Shown here piece after piece: positions 34,428-44,938 of a stretch of 64,000 nucleotides of DNA. Within the stretch, counting starts at the first letter, position 1, and every line of letters begins with the position of its first letter. The notes under the pieces were generated by a model, which saw nothing but the letters and a program-made list of their open reading frames with translations, did no database searches and had not been told where the DNA came from. Origin of the DNA: a virus. The translations under genes and the position numbers were made by a program. The stretch lies in the IMG/VR virus record IMGVR_UViG_3300036800_000175, positions 1-64,000 of that record; one strand, 5' to 3'.

Positions 34428-37400
34428 GTGGCCGACAGCCTGGTGATCGCCAACGCGATCGAACTGCTCGGCCACCAGGCCGTGTCGGCCAACCCGCGGT
34501 GCGCCGGTGCGCAATTCATGCTGCAACCCGGGTTCTCGCTGGGGGCGCCGCAGCCCACCACAGATTTCGTGGCGTCGCTGATCCTCGATGGGGAACGGCC
34601 CTACGGGCAGCGGTCATCCAACCGCACCATCTCCCTGCCCATCTGGATCAAGGCACCCAACAGGTACATCCTCGCCGCGGCCCGCGAGGTCCTCGAAGAG
34701 GCGATCAACCAGCAGACGTGGACGCTGGCTTGGACACGCGACCCCGGGGCGGGCGGGACGCCGCTGACATTGCTGCTGGACTGTTTCCGCGCCCAGCCGT
34801 CCGTCCCGACGTACAACACGTCGGCGGAAAAACAAGGCGGGGTCCTCGGCTCCCAGATCACGATCCAGTTTGAGGCGCTGCCGTTCGGCCGGTCCGACAC
34901 CCAAACCCAGGTCGCGTTCGCCGCGCCCGTCCCCACCGCGCCGCCGCCACCGCCGGCGCCGGTGGTGCTGGACAACTACTCCACGATCAGCACCCCCACC
35001 TTTTCCCAGTCCACGCAGTGCATCGTCGGCCCGAACTCCGGCTGCTGGGATCCGGACTCGTTCGGTGACCCGGGCGGGCAGGTCAGCCCCCTGGCGTACA
35101 GCGCCATGTTCGGCACCCCGCTGAACCTCACCGGGATGACGTCGGTGCAGGGATATGTGGGGCTCGGTTCCCGGTACTGGTGGGCGCTCGAGCACAGCGG
35201 GAAGACGCGGATCCGCGTCGATATGACGCTGACCGACACCAACGGGCAGACGCTGTCGTTTTCGAGGTCGAACCTGCTCATCCCGGTGTCGCCGGTCTAC
35301 TCAGTCCCGGTGTTCTCCCGGGTCACCCTGTTCATCCCCCAGGGCAGCACGACGTTCCTGTACGGCTCGGTCGCCTCATACTCCCTCAAGATCACGAACC
35401 GGGCGTATCCGGCTGACCGTTTCGCGTGGACCACCGCCTACCTCGATGCGCTGACCGCCTACCCGGCGTCCCAGACCGCCGCGCCGGTGACCCGCGGGAA
35501 CGTTTACACCCTGTACGGGGTCGTCGGCACCGCGCGGGCCCCCGCGTCGCTGTCTTTCCAGCAGGCACCCACCCCGGGGACGCCGACCACGATCACCACG
35601 GCCGGTGCCGGGACGTACACCGTCCCCGCGGGCACCGTCTACCTCAAAGTTGAGGCCATCGGTGGTGGTGGTGCCGGGGCGAGCCAGGCCGTCGCTGGTG
35701 TCGGCGGCGGTGGTGGCGGTGGTGAGGACGCCCAGGAACCCGTGTTCGCCGCGGTCCCCGCCCAGGTCATCCCCTACCTAGTCGGCGCCGGTGGCACATC
35801 GGGTGCGACCCCGGTCAACGGGCAGCCCACCGTGTTCGGGCCCGGGCCGTCCAGCTCCCTCGCGGTGGTCGCCAACGGTGGCCAGTCCGCTGCGCAGAAC
35901 TCGATCACGGCCGGGCCCGGCGGATCCGGGTCCGGAAACCTGACCCACTTCCCCGGCGGCCCCGGCCGCACCGCCTCCGGTTCCGTCGGTGGTGGTGGCG
36001 GGAGCTCGGCGGGGAGCCTGCTGCCCGGTAACACGCCGACCGGGACCGCGAACGTCACCCTGACCGGCTCAGGGAACTGGACGGTCCCGCTCGGTGTCAC
36101 CCAGGTCACCGTGACCGCGATCGGCGCGGGCGGCGGGGCGGGGACCGGCGGGGCAGGCAACGGCGCGGGGGGTGGTGGCGGGGAATCCGCCATCGAGACG
36201 TTCACCGTCACCCCCGGGGCCAGCATCCCCTACTCCTGCGGGGCCGGTGGCACCCCCGGTGCGACGTCGGGGGACCTGCCGGGCAGCGCGGGCGGGAACA
36301 CCACCTTCGGGCCGGTCAGCTCGGTCACCCTCACCGCGCATGGTGGCAGCGGCGGCCCGTCGTCCACGCATTCGGTGTCCGGCGGGCCCGGTGGCACCGG
36401 GTCGGCCGCGCCCGTGCACTTCAACGGCGGGCAGGGCGGCACGAACAACCCCTACACCGGGGGTGGCGGATCGTCAGCCGGGCCGGCGTCTGCGGGGAAC
36501 GCAGGCAACGGGTACGCCGGCGCGGGGGTCGCGCCCTCCGGTGGCGGCGCGGGCGGCGCGGGGTCGGGAAGCCGCTCCGGCACAGGTGCGTCCGGGTCGC
36601 TGCCCGGTGGTGGTGGTGGTGGTACCTGGTCGTCGGGGTTCACCGCCGGGACGGGCGGCGCCGGGCAGATCGTCATCGCCTACCCGGGTGGCGCACCCAC
36701 GAACAACGGTGCTGCCGCGCCAGCTGGCGGCGGCGCTGGTGGTGCGGGCGGCGCGAGCGCCAACACTGCGGGGACGGCCGGGACGGCACCCGGTGGTGGT
36801 GGCGGCGGCGCCGATTCGACCGGCACCAGTGAGGCGGGCGGCGCGGGCGCGGCCGGGAAACTGATCATCACCCCGTACACCAACCCGGCGTTCAAAACGC
36901 TGATCGTGCACCGGCCGCCGCTCGGCACCCCCAAAACCTTCCAGCCCCTCGTCAGTGTGGGTGGCGGGACAGGTGTGCCGAACGGCGGGACGCAGTACAC
37001 CATGCCGCAGCCCATCACCGGGGTCTCCGCCGATTTTTCCGGCACCTACACCCTGTACCTGGTCAACGCGTCATGGAACGGCAGCACCTCGCGGACGATC
37101 ACGGTCACGGTCACCCAATGGGACGTGACCGGCGGCACCTCCAACGCAGTGTCCACCACCCCGATCACGATCACGCCCGCGCAGATCACCAACGGGATCG
37201 TGACCGCCGGGGTCCTCACATTGCCGCAACGAAGGGTCGCCGCCGACAACACCGGCGGTTTCTACACCGTGTCGGTGACCGACACCAACACCAGCGACCG
37301 TTTCTATGACCTGATTTTCCTCGACACGATGGGCCAGACCGCCGTCATCAACGAGCCGACAACGGGCTATTCCACCTACTGGATTGATGAGCCGGACGCG

Positions 37401-37607
37401 CTCACTGATCTGGGCCTGCACCTGGGTTCCAACTCCGGGCGGCCCAACGCGATTTCGGTGATGGACGCGTGCCCGTCGCTGTCCGGCGGGCCGATCACCC
37501 TGGAACCCGCCGACGGGGATAACCAGCTGTTCGCGTACTGCCTTGAGGGCGCCCCGTCCATCGGCCTCACGTACTACGCCAGATGGTTCTTCGACCGCCT
37601 GTTCTGA
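34428..37607 (+). CDS. Minor tail protein (Dit-like position) with nested glycine-rich domains
   Basis: Follows tape measure; two G.yTVP.G..GGGG modules. Confidence 0.75.
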   Translation: MADSLVIANAIELLGHQAVSANPRCAGAQFMLQPGFSLGAPQPTTDFVASLILDGERPYGQRSSNRTISLPIWIKAPNRYILAAAREVLEEAINQQTWTLAWTRDPGAGGTPLTLLLDCFRAQPSVPTYNTSAEKQGGVLGSQITIQFEALPFGRSDTQTQVAFAAPVPTAPPPPPAPVVLDNYSTISTPTFSQSTQCIVGPNSGCWDPDSFGDPGGQVSPLAYSAMFGTPLNLTGMTSVQGYVGLGSRYWWALEHSGKTRIRVDMTLTDTNGQTLSFSRSNLLIPVSPVYSVPVFSRVTLFIPQGSTTFLYGSVASYSLKITNRAYPADRFAWTTAYLDALTAYPASQTAAPVTRGNVYTLYGVVGTARAPASLSFQQAPTPGTPTTITTAGAGTYTVPAGTVYLKVEAIGGGGAGASQAVAGVGGGGGGGEDAQEPVFAAVPAQVIPYLVGAGGTSGATPVNGQPTVFGPGPSSSLAVVANGGQSAAQNSITAGPGGSGSGNLTHFPGGPGRTASGSVGGGGGSSAGSLLPGNTPTGTANVTLTGSGNWTVPLGVTQVTVTAIGAGGGAGTGGAGNGAGGGGGESAIETFTVTPGASIPYSCGAGGTPGATSGDLPGSAGGNTTFGPVSSVTLTAHGGSGGPSSTHSVSGGPGGTGSAAPVHFNGGQGGTNNPYTGGGGSSAGPASAGNAGNGYAGAGVAPSGGGAGGAGSGSRSGTGASGSLPGGGGGGTWSSGFTAGTGGAGQIVIAYPGGAPTNNGAAAPAGGGAGGAGGASANTAGTAGTAPGGGGGGADSTGTSEAGGAGAAGKLIITPYTNPAFKTLIVHRPPLGTPKTFQPLVSVGGGTGVPNGGTQYTMPQPITGVSADFSGTYTLYLVNASWNGSTSRTITVTVTQWDVTGGTSNAVSTTPITITPAQITNGIVTAGVLTLPQRRVAADNTGGFYTVSVTDTNTSDRFYDLIFLDTMGQTAVINEPTTGYSTYWIDEPDALTDLGLHLGSNSGRPNAISVMDACPSLSGGPITLEPADGDNQLFAYCLEGAPSIGLTYYARWFFDRLF

Positions 37608-37630
37608 CCATTCAACGGAGGGGGACTGCC

Positions 37631-38353
37631 GTGTTCCTGCTGTCGCGCCGTCAGGCGCACGCCGCGCTCGCCGGCGCGGGGACTGCGCTGGCGTATCTCG
37701 CCGCCGCTGAGGTCGGCTCTAAAAAGCCGGTCCGGGCCGGCAGCCTGTTCGTGCTGTCCAGCATGGCTCTCGCTGGCCTGATGACCGCCAAGTCATCGGT
37801 GAAAGCCCGCGGCACCGAAGCCCGGCTCAACCATTTCTTCAACAACGGCGGGTCGGTCGGCGGCGACTTCGTCGTGAACGGGAACCACACTGTCACCGGG
37901 GATATCAGTGGCGGCGGCCACATGCAGGTCCCGGGGAACATTTCTAACGCCATCGCCGGCGGAACCGGGAACATCAACACCAACGGCGACATCAACGGCA
38001 CAGGGAGCATCGGCGGCAGTGGGGCGCAGTTCACCGGAGGCGGCGTCACCACGACCGGGGGGGCGACGATCGGCGGGGCTGTATCGGCAGGCGGCAACCT
38101 GAACATGAACGGCAACAACGTCAACTCGGCGGGAACGCTCAACGCTGGCGGCCTTAACACTTCGGGTGGTGCGACTGTTGGCGGGGCGCTATCCGCAGGC
38201 GGCAACGTGAACATGAACGGCAACAACATTAATGACATCGGCAGCCTGGGCGGGAACGGCGGGAACATCGGCACGACCAACGGCATCGCCGTAGGCGGAA
38301 ACATTAGCATGGGCGGCAATATCAATATGAACGGGCACACGGTTAACCCGTAA
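37631..38353 (+). CDS. Gly/Asn-rich beta-helix-like tail protein
   Basis: RBS GGAGGGGG; repeated GGNxNMNGNN; 108-bp internal repeat (38072/38180). Confidence 0.65.
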   Translation: MFLLSRRQAHAALAGAGTALAYLAAAEVGSKKPVRAGSLFVLSSMALAGLMTAKSSVKARGTEARLNHFFNNGGSVGGDFVVNGNHTVTGDISGGGHMQVPGNISNAIAGGTGNINTNGDINGTGSIGGSGAQFTGGGVTTTGGATIGGAVSAGGNLNMNGNNVNSAGTLNAGGLNTSGGATVGGALSAGGNVNMNGNNINDIGSLGGNGGNIGTTNGIAVGGNISMGGNINMNGHTVNP

Positions 38354-38354
38354 A

Positions 38355-39494
38355 ATGACGACGTACAGCGTCCCGAATGCCAGCCAGGTATCGGTCACCG
38401 CCCCCGGGTCGTCATCGCCGCAGTGGTTCGGTGCGTTCGGGCACGTCACCGGCCTGTCCTACGCCTACGCGTGCCCCGGCGGGTGCGACAAAGCGTCATG
38501 GACGTTGCAGGTGCCCCCCGGGTACCGCAACCAGGCGATGAACCCCGGCGGGAACGTGTCGATCCACCGCGGCGGCCACGTCGTGTGGAACGGGAAACTT
38601 GATGAGCCGGTAGCCACCCCCACCGGGTGGACGATGACCGCGATCGGCACCGGGAACCTCGGCACCGACTACCTCGCCCTGTACACGGGGACCTGGCCCA
38701 CCGGGCTGCCCGACAGCGCGGTCAACGCGGCGATCACCCGGGGGCTGCCGTGGGCCAACCCGGGCATCGGCACCCCGACGGGGATATGGCTGGGCCAGGA
38801 AATCGACTCCGGCGCGCAGACCGTCACCGACCTGCTCACCCTCGTGACCAGCCGCGGCGGCCTGACCTGGTATGTGAACAGCCAGCCCGGCGGGCTGCCC
38901 GGCAACGACCTGAGCGTCTTTGCCCTGCCGACCGTGCCGAACCGGCTGCTGGTGTGCAACACGCCCGTCCCGCGGACCCTGGGCGGGGATATCAACACGA
39001 TCTATCTGCGCTACATGGTGACCGCCGACAACGCCACCACCGGCGCGGCCGCGGCATATGCGACGACCAGCGTGGCCAACGCCGCATCGGTCACCGCTCA
39101 CGGCGTGATCGAAACGTACATCGACCTGTCCGACGTCGGCGTGCAGACCGCCACCGCCGCGCAGGCCGTCGGGAACTATGTTCTGTCGATCTACCAGCGG
39201 GCCAGTTTCGCCGGCCCGTTCACCGTCTCCCCGGGGCAGCTGCTGACCACCGGGGGGCAGCCCGTCGATCTGGGCACCGACCAGGCGGGCACCGTCTGCC
39301 GGCTCATATTGACCGACTACGGCTACGGCGGCGAGGTCACACCGGGCCCGGTCACGTTCATCACCGGCGCGTACGTGTACGACGACCAGGCGCAGACCGC
39401 GCAGATCACCCCGTACCAGTCGCTGGATGAGTCCCTGACGGGGCTGCTGAGCATGGAAAACACGATTCTCACCCCCATCGCCGCAGCGTCCTGA
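38355..39494 (+). CDS. Minor tail (hub/Tal-like) protein
   Basis: PGGC..ASW.L, VWNGKL; synteny. Confidence 0.65.
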   Translation: MTTYSVPNASQVSVTAPGSSSPQWFGAFGHVTGLSYAYACPGGCDKASWTLQVPPGYRNQAMNPGGNVSIHRGGHVVWNGKLDEPVATPTGWTMTAIGTGNLGTDYLALYTGTWPTGLPDSAVNAAITRGLPWANPGIGTPTGIWLGQEIDSGAQTVTDLLTLVTSRGGLTWYVNSQPGGLPGNDLSVFALPTVPNRLLVCNTPVPRTLGGDINTIYLRYMVTADNATTGAAAAYATTSVANAASVTAHGVIETYIDLSDVGVQTATAAQAVGNYVLSIYQRASFAGPFTVSPGQLLTTGGQPVDLGTDQAGTVCRLILTDYGYGGEVTPGPVTFITGAYVYDDQAQTAQITPYQSLDESLTGLLSMENTILTPIAAAS

Positions 39495-39527
39495 CCCGCC
39501 ATCCCCACCGCCGCGAGAGAGGCACCC

Positions 39528-39872
39528 ATGCCAGACACGTACGTCTATGAGCATCCGGAAAGGCTGGGCCTCGGCCAGCATCACACCAGCGAGGACCTGG
39601 CTGGCCGGCCGGCGCAGCCACCGGAAGCTGCCGCGGCGCTGCGGGCCGCCATGGAAGCCATCGAGCCGACCCCTGAGCAGCGGGCGAAGATGGACGCCCT
39701 GCTGGGCCAGACCATGGCCGACCTCGACATGCCCCACGGCACCCAGGCCGGGTTCGTGGCCACCGACGAAGCCACCGGCCATCACATCGTCAGCTGGACG
39801 GACAAGGCGGGGACGGCGCGGTACACGTCGGTCAGCCCGGAACTGTTCGCCCAGTTTTTCCGGGAGGCGTGA
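39528..39872 (+). CDS. Hypothetical protein
   Basis: RBS GAGG. Confidence 0.6.
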   Translation: MPDTYVYEHPERLGLGQHHTSEDLAGRPAQPPEAAAALRAAMEAIEPTPEQRAKMDALLGQTMADLDMPHGTQAGFVATDEATGHHIVSWTDKAGTARYTSVSPELFAQFFREA

Positions 39873-39875
39873 CCC

Positions 39876-40328
39876 ATGGCCACCATCAGTGCCGGGCAGT
39901 TCATGGAATCCGGTGAGATCGCCGCCGTCTACGCCGCGGTCGGCAAGGGCGGCACGGCGACCCCGTACACCACGACCTATATGGCGCTGGCGCAGAACGC
40001 GGCGTCGGGCAGCATTGACGACACCTGGGTCCTGATGTCGTCGGGGGTCACTGAGCAGTCCGGTGACGGGTACGCCCGGCAGCCGATCACCACCTCATCA
40101 GGCTGGTCGACACCCACGTCGGCGTCACCGTCGGTGATTTCCAACGCGGCGGTGCTCTCATGGGGGCCGGTGGTCACCGCCAACTGGACTCAGGTCAACT
40201 GGGGGATGCTGGCCAGCGCCCTGACCGCCGGGATCCCGCTCATCGCCTACCTGCTGACCACACCCCGGACCGCGCTGATCGGTGACACCGTCGCCGGCGC
40301 GATCGGGGCGTTCACCGCGCAGGTCTGA
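39876..40328 (+). CDS. Minor tail/fibre-base protein
   Basis: YMAL, E.SG.GYARQ, NAA..WG, resembling actinophage tail proteins. Confidence 0.7.
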   Translation: MATISAGQFMESGEIAAVYAAVGKGGTATPYTTTYMALAQNAASGSIDDTWVLMSSGVTEQSGDGYARQPITTSSGWSTPTSASPSVISNAAVLSWGPVVTANWTQVNWGMLASALTAGIPLIAYLLTTPRTALIGDTVAGAIGAFTAQV

Positions 40329-40332
40329 CCCG

Positions 40333-40647
40333 GTGGCCGTCCATCTGGTCACGCCGGTCCGGCATGTGGTGCCCGACCTCAAGGTGCCCCGCATGTGGCC
40401 GTGTGAGGCGTCCGGGACCGGGCTGGCCGCCCGCAAATGCGGGGCGACCCCGGCCAGCCTGTGGCGGCGGTCCTGCCGCAACGGCCATTCGCGGGACGTG
40501 CGGCTATGCCCGTCGCACGCCCAGCTGATCACCTCAGGGCTGGGTGCCTGCGCGGAGTGCGCTGACCGGGGCGCTGCTGCTGCCGCGTTCCTGGCCCCGG
40601 TGGACCTGGTGTTCGTCCCGGGCACACGGGCAGGCGACCGGAGGTAA
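40333..40647 (+). CDS. Cys-rich zinc-binding protein
   Basis: CRNGHSR..LC..H..CAEC. Confidence 0.6.
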   Translation: MAVHLVTPVRHVVPDLKVPRMWPCEASGTGLAARKCGATPASLWRRSCRNGHSRDVRLCPSHAQLITSGLGACAECADRGAAAAAFLAPVDLVFVPGTRAGDRR

Positions 40648-40650
40648 ATC

Positions 40651-43233
40651 GTGGCCGGCGCACGAGTCCAGTCCTGCGTCGCGTCCGCCGCCGGGGTCAC
40701 GACGATAACGGCGACGTTCACCGTGCAGAACGTGGTGACGGGTAACAAGTATGTCGTCTGCGTCGGCTGCAACTCCGCGACGCTGACCAGTGTCAAAAAC
40801 GGTGCCGGGACCTCACTGACCGCTCTCGCGAGCAAGCTGAACAGCACTAACGGTGTCTACACCTACCTGTACGGCCTGGACATCCCGTCCGGTGACGGCG
40901 GTACGAAGTCGCACATCACGGTTGTCTTCCCGGGATCGACGTTCGGCGGGATGGTCGTCCAGGAAGTTTCCGGGCTGCTGGCCGGTAACACGACCGCGAT
41001 GATCGACGGCGCGGCGGGCAACTCGAGCGGCAGCGCCGCGACCACGGCCAACCCGGCGTACACCGCGGCTGTGGCGGGCGAGTATCTCGTCACGCTGCTC
41101 GGCGCGAACGGTGGCACCCCGACGACCCCGTCCGGGTTCACCGCCGACGCGAACAACACGACCGCCGAAGGTCCGTCCGAGATCTTCTATAAGGCGTCTA
41201 CCGGCAGCGCTGAGTCCGCCGCGATCACCCTCGGCGCAACCGCCGGCTATGCGCAGCTGATGGTTGCGTTCAAGCTGTCATCGACCGCGTGGGCTGCTGC
41301 CGGGACCGCCCCGGGCACCTCTGCCGCGTCGGGGGCTTTCACCCCGGCCGGCGTCGCCGGGACTGCTGACTCCACCGCGGCGGACCAGGCCAGCGGCACG
41401 ATCACCCTCACCCCCGCCGCCGTCGCCGGGACCGCCGCAGGCACCTCAGCCGCGTCGGCTGGTTTCACCCCGGCCGGTGTCACCGGGACAGCCGCAGCCA
41501 CCAGCCATGCGGCGGGGGCGTTCCTCCCGGCCGCGGCAGCCGGGATCGCGGCGGGCAGCAGCGCCGCATCCGGCACCCTGGCACCCGCCGTCATTGCCGG
41601 GACAGCCACCGCCGCGAGCTCGGCGGCCGGGGCGTTCACGCCAGCCGGCGTCGCGGGTTCCGCGGCGGCGGGCAGCCTCACGTCAGCGGCCCTGACGCTC
41701 ACCGCCGGCGTCGCCGGGACGGCCGCAGCCGCCAGCCATGCGGCCGGGGTGTTCCTCCCGGCCGCGGTCGCGGGCACCGCGGCGGCCCGCAGCGGCGGCG
41801 CAGGTGCGTTCACCGCCGCACCACTGGCCGGGGCGTCGGCCGCCTCGAGTTCCGCGGCGGGTGCGTTCACCCCGGCCGCGGCCACCGGCACCTCCGCAGC
41901 GTTCAGCGCTGCGGCCGGGACGGTCACGCTTACCCCGGCCGCTGCGGCCGGGACAGCGGCCGGGCTGAGCGCCGCTGCGGGCGTGTTCCGGCCCGCGCCG
42001 CTCACCGGGACCGCGGCGTCTCACCCTGCCGCGGCCGGGGCGTTCCTGGGTGCCGCCCTGGCTGGCACCTCGCAGACCTCGAGCGCCGCGGCGGGCGTCA
42101 CTACCCTCACCCCCGCCGCGGTCACAGGGGCAGCAGCCGGCCACAGCGCAGCAGCCGCCGCGCTACTCCCCGCAGCGGCCGCGGGGACCGCATCATCGGC
42201 CAGTTCCGCGGCCGGGGCGTTCCAGGCGGCACCCGTCGCGGGCACCGTAGCCCAGGCTTCCAGCGCGGCCGGGACGCTCACCTTCGCCCCCGCGGTCATC
42301 GCGGGCACCGCCGCGACGCTCAGCGGAGCCGGCGGGGCGTTCGCGACCACATGGACCGGCGCCGGGACCGCGGTGGCAGGCTCCGCCGCCGCGGGCGCCT
42401 TCCAGGCCGCGCCGCTCACCGGGACCGCATCATCGGCCAGTTCCGCGGCCGGGGCGTTCCGGCCCGCGACGATGGCCGGGGCAGCAGCCGGTCACAGCGC
42501 GGCGTCCGGCGCGTTCACCCCGGCGGCGCTCACCGGGACAGCGGCGGCAGCCACTGCCGCATCCGCAGTGTTCCTCCCGGCCCCGCTCGCCGGGACCGCG
42601 GTCACCCACGCTGCGGCCAGTGGCACGTTCACGCCTGCGGCCCTGGCTGGCGCCGCGCAGGCCCACAGTGCGGCGGCCGGTGCTTTCACCCCGGCACCCG
42701 CCGCGGGGACGGCGGCCGCGGCCAGTTCCGCGGCCGGGGCGTTCACCCCCGCGCCGATCGCGGGCACCGCGTTCACGCACACCACGACGGCCGCCCTGCT
42801 GGCCCTCGCCCAGGCTGAGGCCGGGACCGCGCTGGCCCGCAGCCTCGCATCGGGTTCGCTCACCCCGGCCGCGGCCGCGGGCACGGCGGCAGGTGCCAGC
42901 GGTGCGTCCGGCGGGTTCCTGGCCGCACCCATGGCCGGGGCCGCCGCCACCGCCGCCGGGGCGGCCGGGACGCTCACGGCCGCGATGGTTCTCAGCGGGC
43001 ACGCCGTCACCGTGGCGGCGGCCACGGGAATACTGCTGGACATCCCCGCGGTGCAGCTGGCCACGGTCACCTTGTCCGGCACCGTGCTGATCCCCGGCCT
43101 GGCCGGTCTCCCGTCTGTGCCCGGCGCCGGGGGAGCCGCCGGCCGGCCGCAGCTCGCCGGGACGGCCAGCAGCAGCAGCATGGGCGGGATGGTGACGCAA
43201 ACCCCCGCTGGCGGGACCGCGGCAGGCACTTAG
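40651..43233 (+). CDS. Ala/Gly/Thr-rich repetitive tail fibre-like protein
   Basis: N-terminal beta domain, then ~20-aa repeats (AGTAAxxSxAAGAFxPA) over ~41290-43040. Confidence 0.75.
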   Translation: MAGARVQSCVASAAGVTTITATFTVQNVVTGNKYVVCVGCNSATLTSVKNGAGTSLTALASKLNSTNGVYTYLYGLDIPSGDGGTKSHITVVFPGSTFGGMVVQEVSGLLAGNTTAMIDGAAGNSSGSAATTANPAYTAAVAGEYLVTLLGANGGTPTTPSGFTADANNTTAEGPSEIFYKASTGSAESAAITLGATAGYAQLMVAFKLSSTAWAAAGTAPGTSAASGAFTPAGVAGTADSTAADQASGTITLTPAAVAGTAAGTSAASAGFTPAGVTGTAAATSHAAGAFLPAAAAGIAAGSSAASGTLAPAVIAGTATAASSAAGAFTPAGVAGSAAAGSLTSAALTLTAGVAGTAAAASHAAGVFLPAAVAGTAAARSGGAGAFTAAPLAGASAASSSAAGAFTPAAATGTSAAFSAAAGTVTLTPAAAAGTAAGLSAAAGVFRPAPLTGTAASHPAAAGAFLGAALAGTSQTSSAAAGVTTLTPAAVTGAAAGHSAAAAALLPAAAAGTASSASSAAGAFQAAPVAGTVAQASSAAGTLTFAPAVIAGTAATLSGAGGAFATTWTGAGTAVAGSAAAGAFQAAPLTGTASSASSAAGAFRPATMAGAAAGHSAASGAFTPAALTGTAAAATAASAVFLPAPLAGTAVTHAAASGTFTPAALAGAAQAHSAAAGAFTPAPAAGTAAAASSAAGAFTPAPIAGTAFTHTTTAALLALAQAEAGTALARSLASGSLTPAAAAGTAAGASGASGGFLAAPMAGAAATAAGAAGTLTAAMVLSGHAVTVAAATGILLDIPAVQLATVTLSGTVLIPGLAGLPSVPGAGGAAGRPQLAGTASSSSMGGMVTQTPAGGTAAGT

Positions 43234-43478
43234 CCGGGTAGCGGCACTTCGGTGACAGGCCCCAGCGGGCAGTCATGGCCGTCCGTGTCGTGGCATTTCT
43301 TGCAGAACCGGCCTTTCATGACCGGCGCGGTGGCGCAGACCGGGCACAGTAACCCCAGGCGCGTATGCCCGCACCCGCATTCCGCCTCATACAGGCCCTC
43401 CGCCGGCTGCGGGCACGGCACGAGGGGTGCGCTCTCCGCCGCCTGCCAGTAGCCCGTGCACGGTACACCGAACCCCAT
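43230..43478 (-). CDS. Cys-rich zinc-binding protein similar to 40333..40647
   Basis: CGCGHTR..LCPVC..CKKC. Confidence 0.55.
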   Translation of the reverse strand: MGFGVPCTGYWQAAESAPLVPCPQPAEGLYEAECGCGHTRLGLLCPVCATAPVMKGRFCKKCHDTDGHDCPLGPVTEVPLPG

Positions 43479-43510
43479 GCCCGTGATCTTCCCAGACCGG
43501 AGGCACGCGC

Positions 43511-43852
43511 GTGTTGCAGTCCAACATTGTCCTCGGCCAGAACAACGATGAGGCGATCAACCTCGCGATCACCTCCGCCGGGGCGGCGCAGGATCTGACC
43601 GGCGCGACCGTTGAGGTGGTCGTCAAACCGCGGGCATCTGCCGCTGACACCGACCCGGCGGCGATCAGCGCCAGCGTCACCATCACCGACCCGCTGAACG
43701 GGCTGGCCACCGCCACGATCACCGCGGCGCAGCTCGCCACGGCGGGCCGCTGGTACTGGCATTGCGACGTCATCGCACGCGACGGGGAACGGAAAACCGC
43801 CCTGTACGGGGATGTGCTGATCATCCCGGTCGCGGCCGCGCTGGGGGGATGA
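43511..43852 (+). CDS. BppU-N-like virion protein
   Basis: DLTGATV..K, ITDPLNG.A, G.WYW. Confidence 0.65.
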   Translation: MLQSNIVLGQNNDEAINLAITSAGAAQDLTGATVEVVVKPRASAADTDPAAISASVTITDPLNGLATATITAAQLATAGRWYWHCDVIARDGERKTALYGDVLIIPVAAALGG

Positions 43853-44272
43853 GTGGTACGGACCCGCAGGGCGGTGGACTGGCTGACCCGGGCGGGCCGG
43901 CTGGACCTGTCCGTGATGGCCACCGCGTTCGTGATTTTCGGTGTGTCCCTGGCCGCCCAGCCGCACCGCTGGGCATCCACACCCGCGTACCACATTCTGC
44001 TGCTGATCTTCTCCGCGCGGGCGTGGGGCGGCCTGTTCCTGCTGGGCGGCGCGGTGATGGGGGCAGCGGCGTGGCAGTTTGAGCGGCGCCGCTGGGTGTT
44101 GGTCACGGCGCTGACACTGGCGTTCACCCTGACGACCGGGTGGATGCTGGCGTTCGTCGTCCGCTATGTGTCCTCCCCGAACACCACCCCGGAAACGTGG
44201 GTCAGCTGGATGGTGTTCGATTACCTGCTGCTGAAAGTGTCGGCCAGCCTTGACCGTTCCCCGCCGCCATGA
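43853..44272 (+). CDS. Four-TM membrane protein
   Basis: Hydrophobic helices; lysis region. Confidence 0.65.
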   Translation: MVRTRRAVDWLTRAGRLDLSVMATAFVIFGVSLAAQPHRWASTPAYHILLLIFSARAWGGLFLLGGAVMGAAAWQFERRRWVLVTALTLAFTLTTGWMLAFVVRYVSSPNTTPETWVSWMVFDYLLLKVSASLDRSPPP

Positions 44273-44619
44273 CCGGCCTGGCCGACGCCGCCGGCGGGGG
44301 TGGCGTGAACACGGTCACCCTGATCACCGGGATCCTGCTGGCCCTCGCCGCGGTCGTGTCGTCGCTCACGCCGATCGTGATAGCCCGCCGGCGGTCACGC
44401 AAGGAAGCGGCCGCTGCGACCGCCGCCGCGGCGGTGGCTGGCAGTGACCTGACCCTGGCCGGGTGGACCCAGCTGAACGCCGCGCTGCAACAGGAAATCG
44501 CGCGGCTGCAAAAGGTCACTGAGCGGATGCAGTCCCGCATTGATGATCTCGAAGGGGAGATCGCGGAGCTGCAAAAACTGGCCATCAGGTTGCAGCAGAA
44601 AGGCAGCGGCGGTGCCTGA
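44269..44619 (+). CDS. One-TM plus coiled-coil membrane protein
   Basis: N-terminal TM, heptad C-terminus. Confidence 0.65.
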   Translation: MTGLADAAGGGGVNTVTLITGILLALAAVVSSLTPIVIARRRSRKEAAAATAAAAVAGSDLTLAGWTQLNAALQQEIARLQKVTERMQSRIDDLEGEIAELQKLAIRLQQKGSGGA

Positions 44620-44938
44620 CCTGGTGGTCATGTTCCTCATCGTGTCGTGCGTGTCGTGGATGTTCCAGCTGCTCGCGTTCATCCGCATCGCCGCACGGCG
44701 GGCCACGACACCCACGGAGGAACTGGTCGGCGGGGGGTACCTGCGGACCGTCGCGTGCCGGGTGCTGGCCGCCACCATCTATGTCGTCGTCGCCGCGACC
44801 CAGCTAGCCGGGTCGGGAACCCTGACCGCTGAGGCGCTGGTTGTTTTCGGTGCCGTGCAGCTGATCTGGCAGGTGAACTCCGTGATGGATGTCCGGATCA
44901 GGCGCAGCCTCAGCCAGCGCCCGGGGGATCCGCCCTGA
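44612..44938 (+). CDS. Three-TM membrane protein
   Basis: Hydrophobic segments; overlapping start. Confidence 0.6.
   Translation: MPDLVVMFLIVSCVSWMFQLLAFIRIAARRATTPTEELVGGGYLRTVACRVLAATIYVVVAATQLAGSGTLTAEALVVFGAVQLIWQVNSVMDVRIRRSLSQRPGDPP

Noticed and set aside
37631-38353. AAC-rich repeats as a diversity-generating retroelement TR/VR pair
   Set aside because: No reverse transcriptase in window; the repeats are in-frame coding and differences are not confined to adenines
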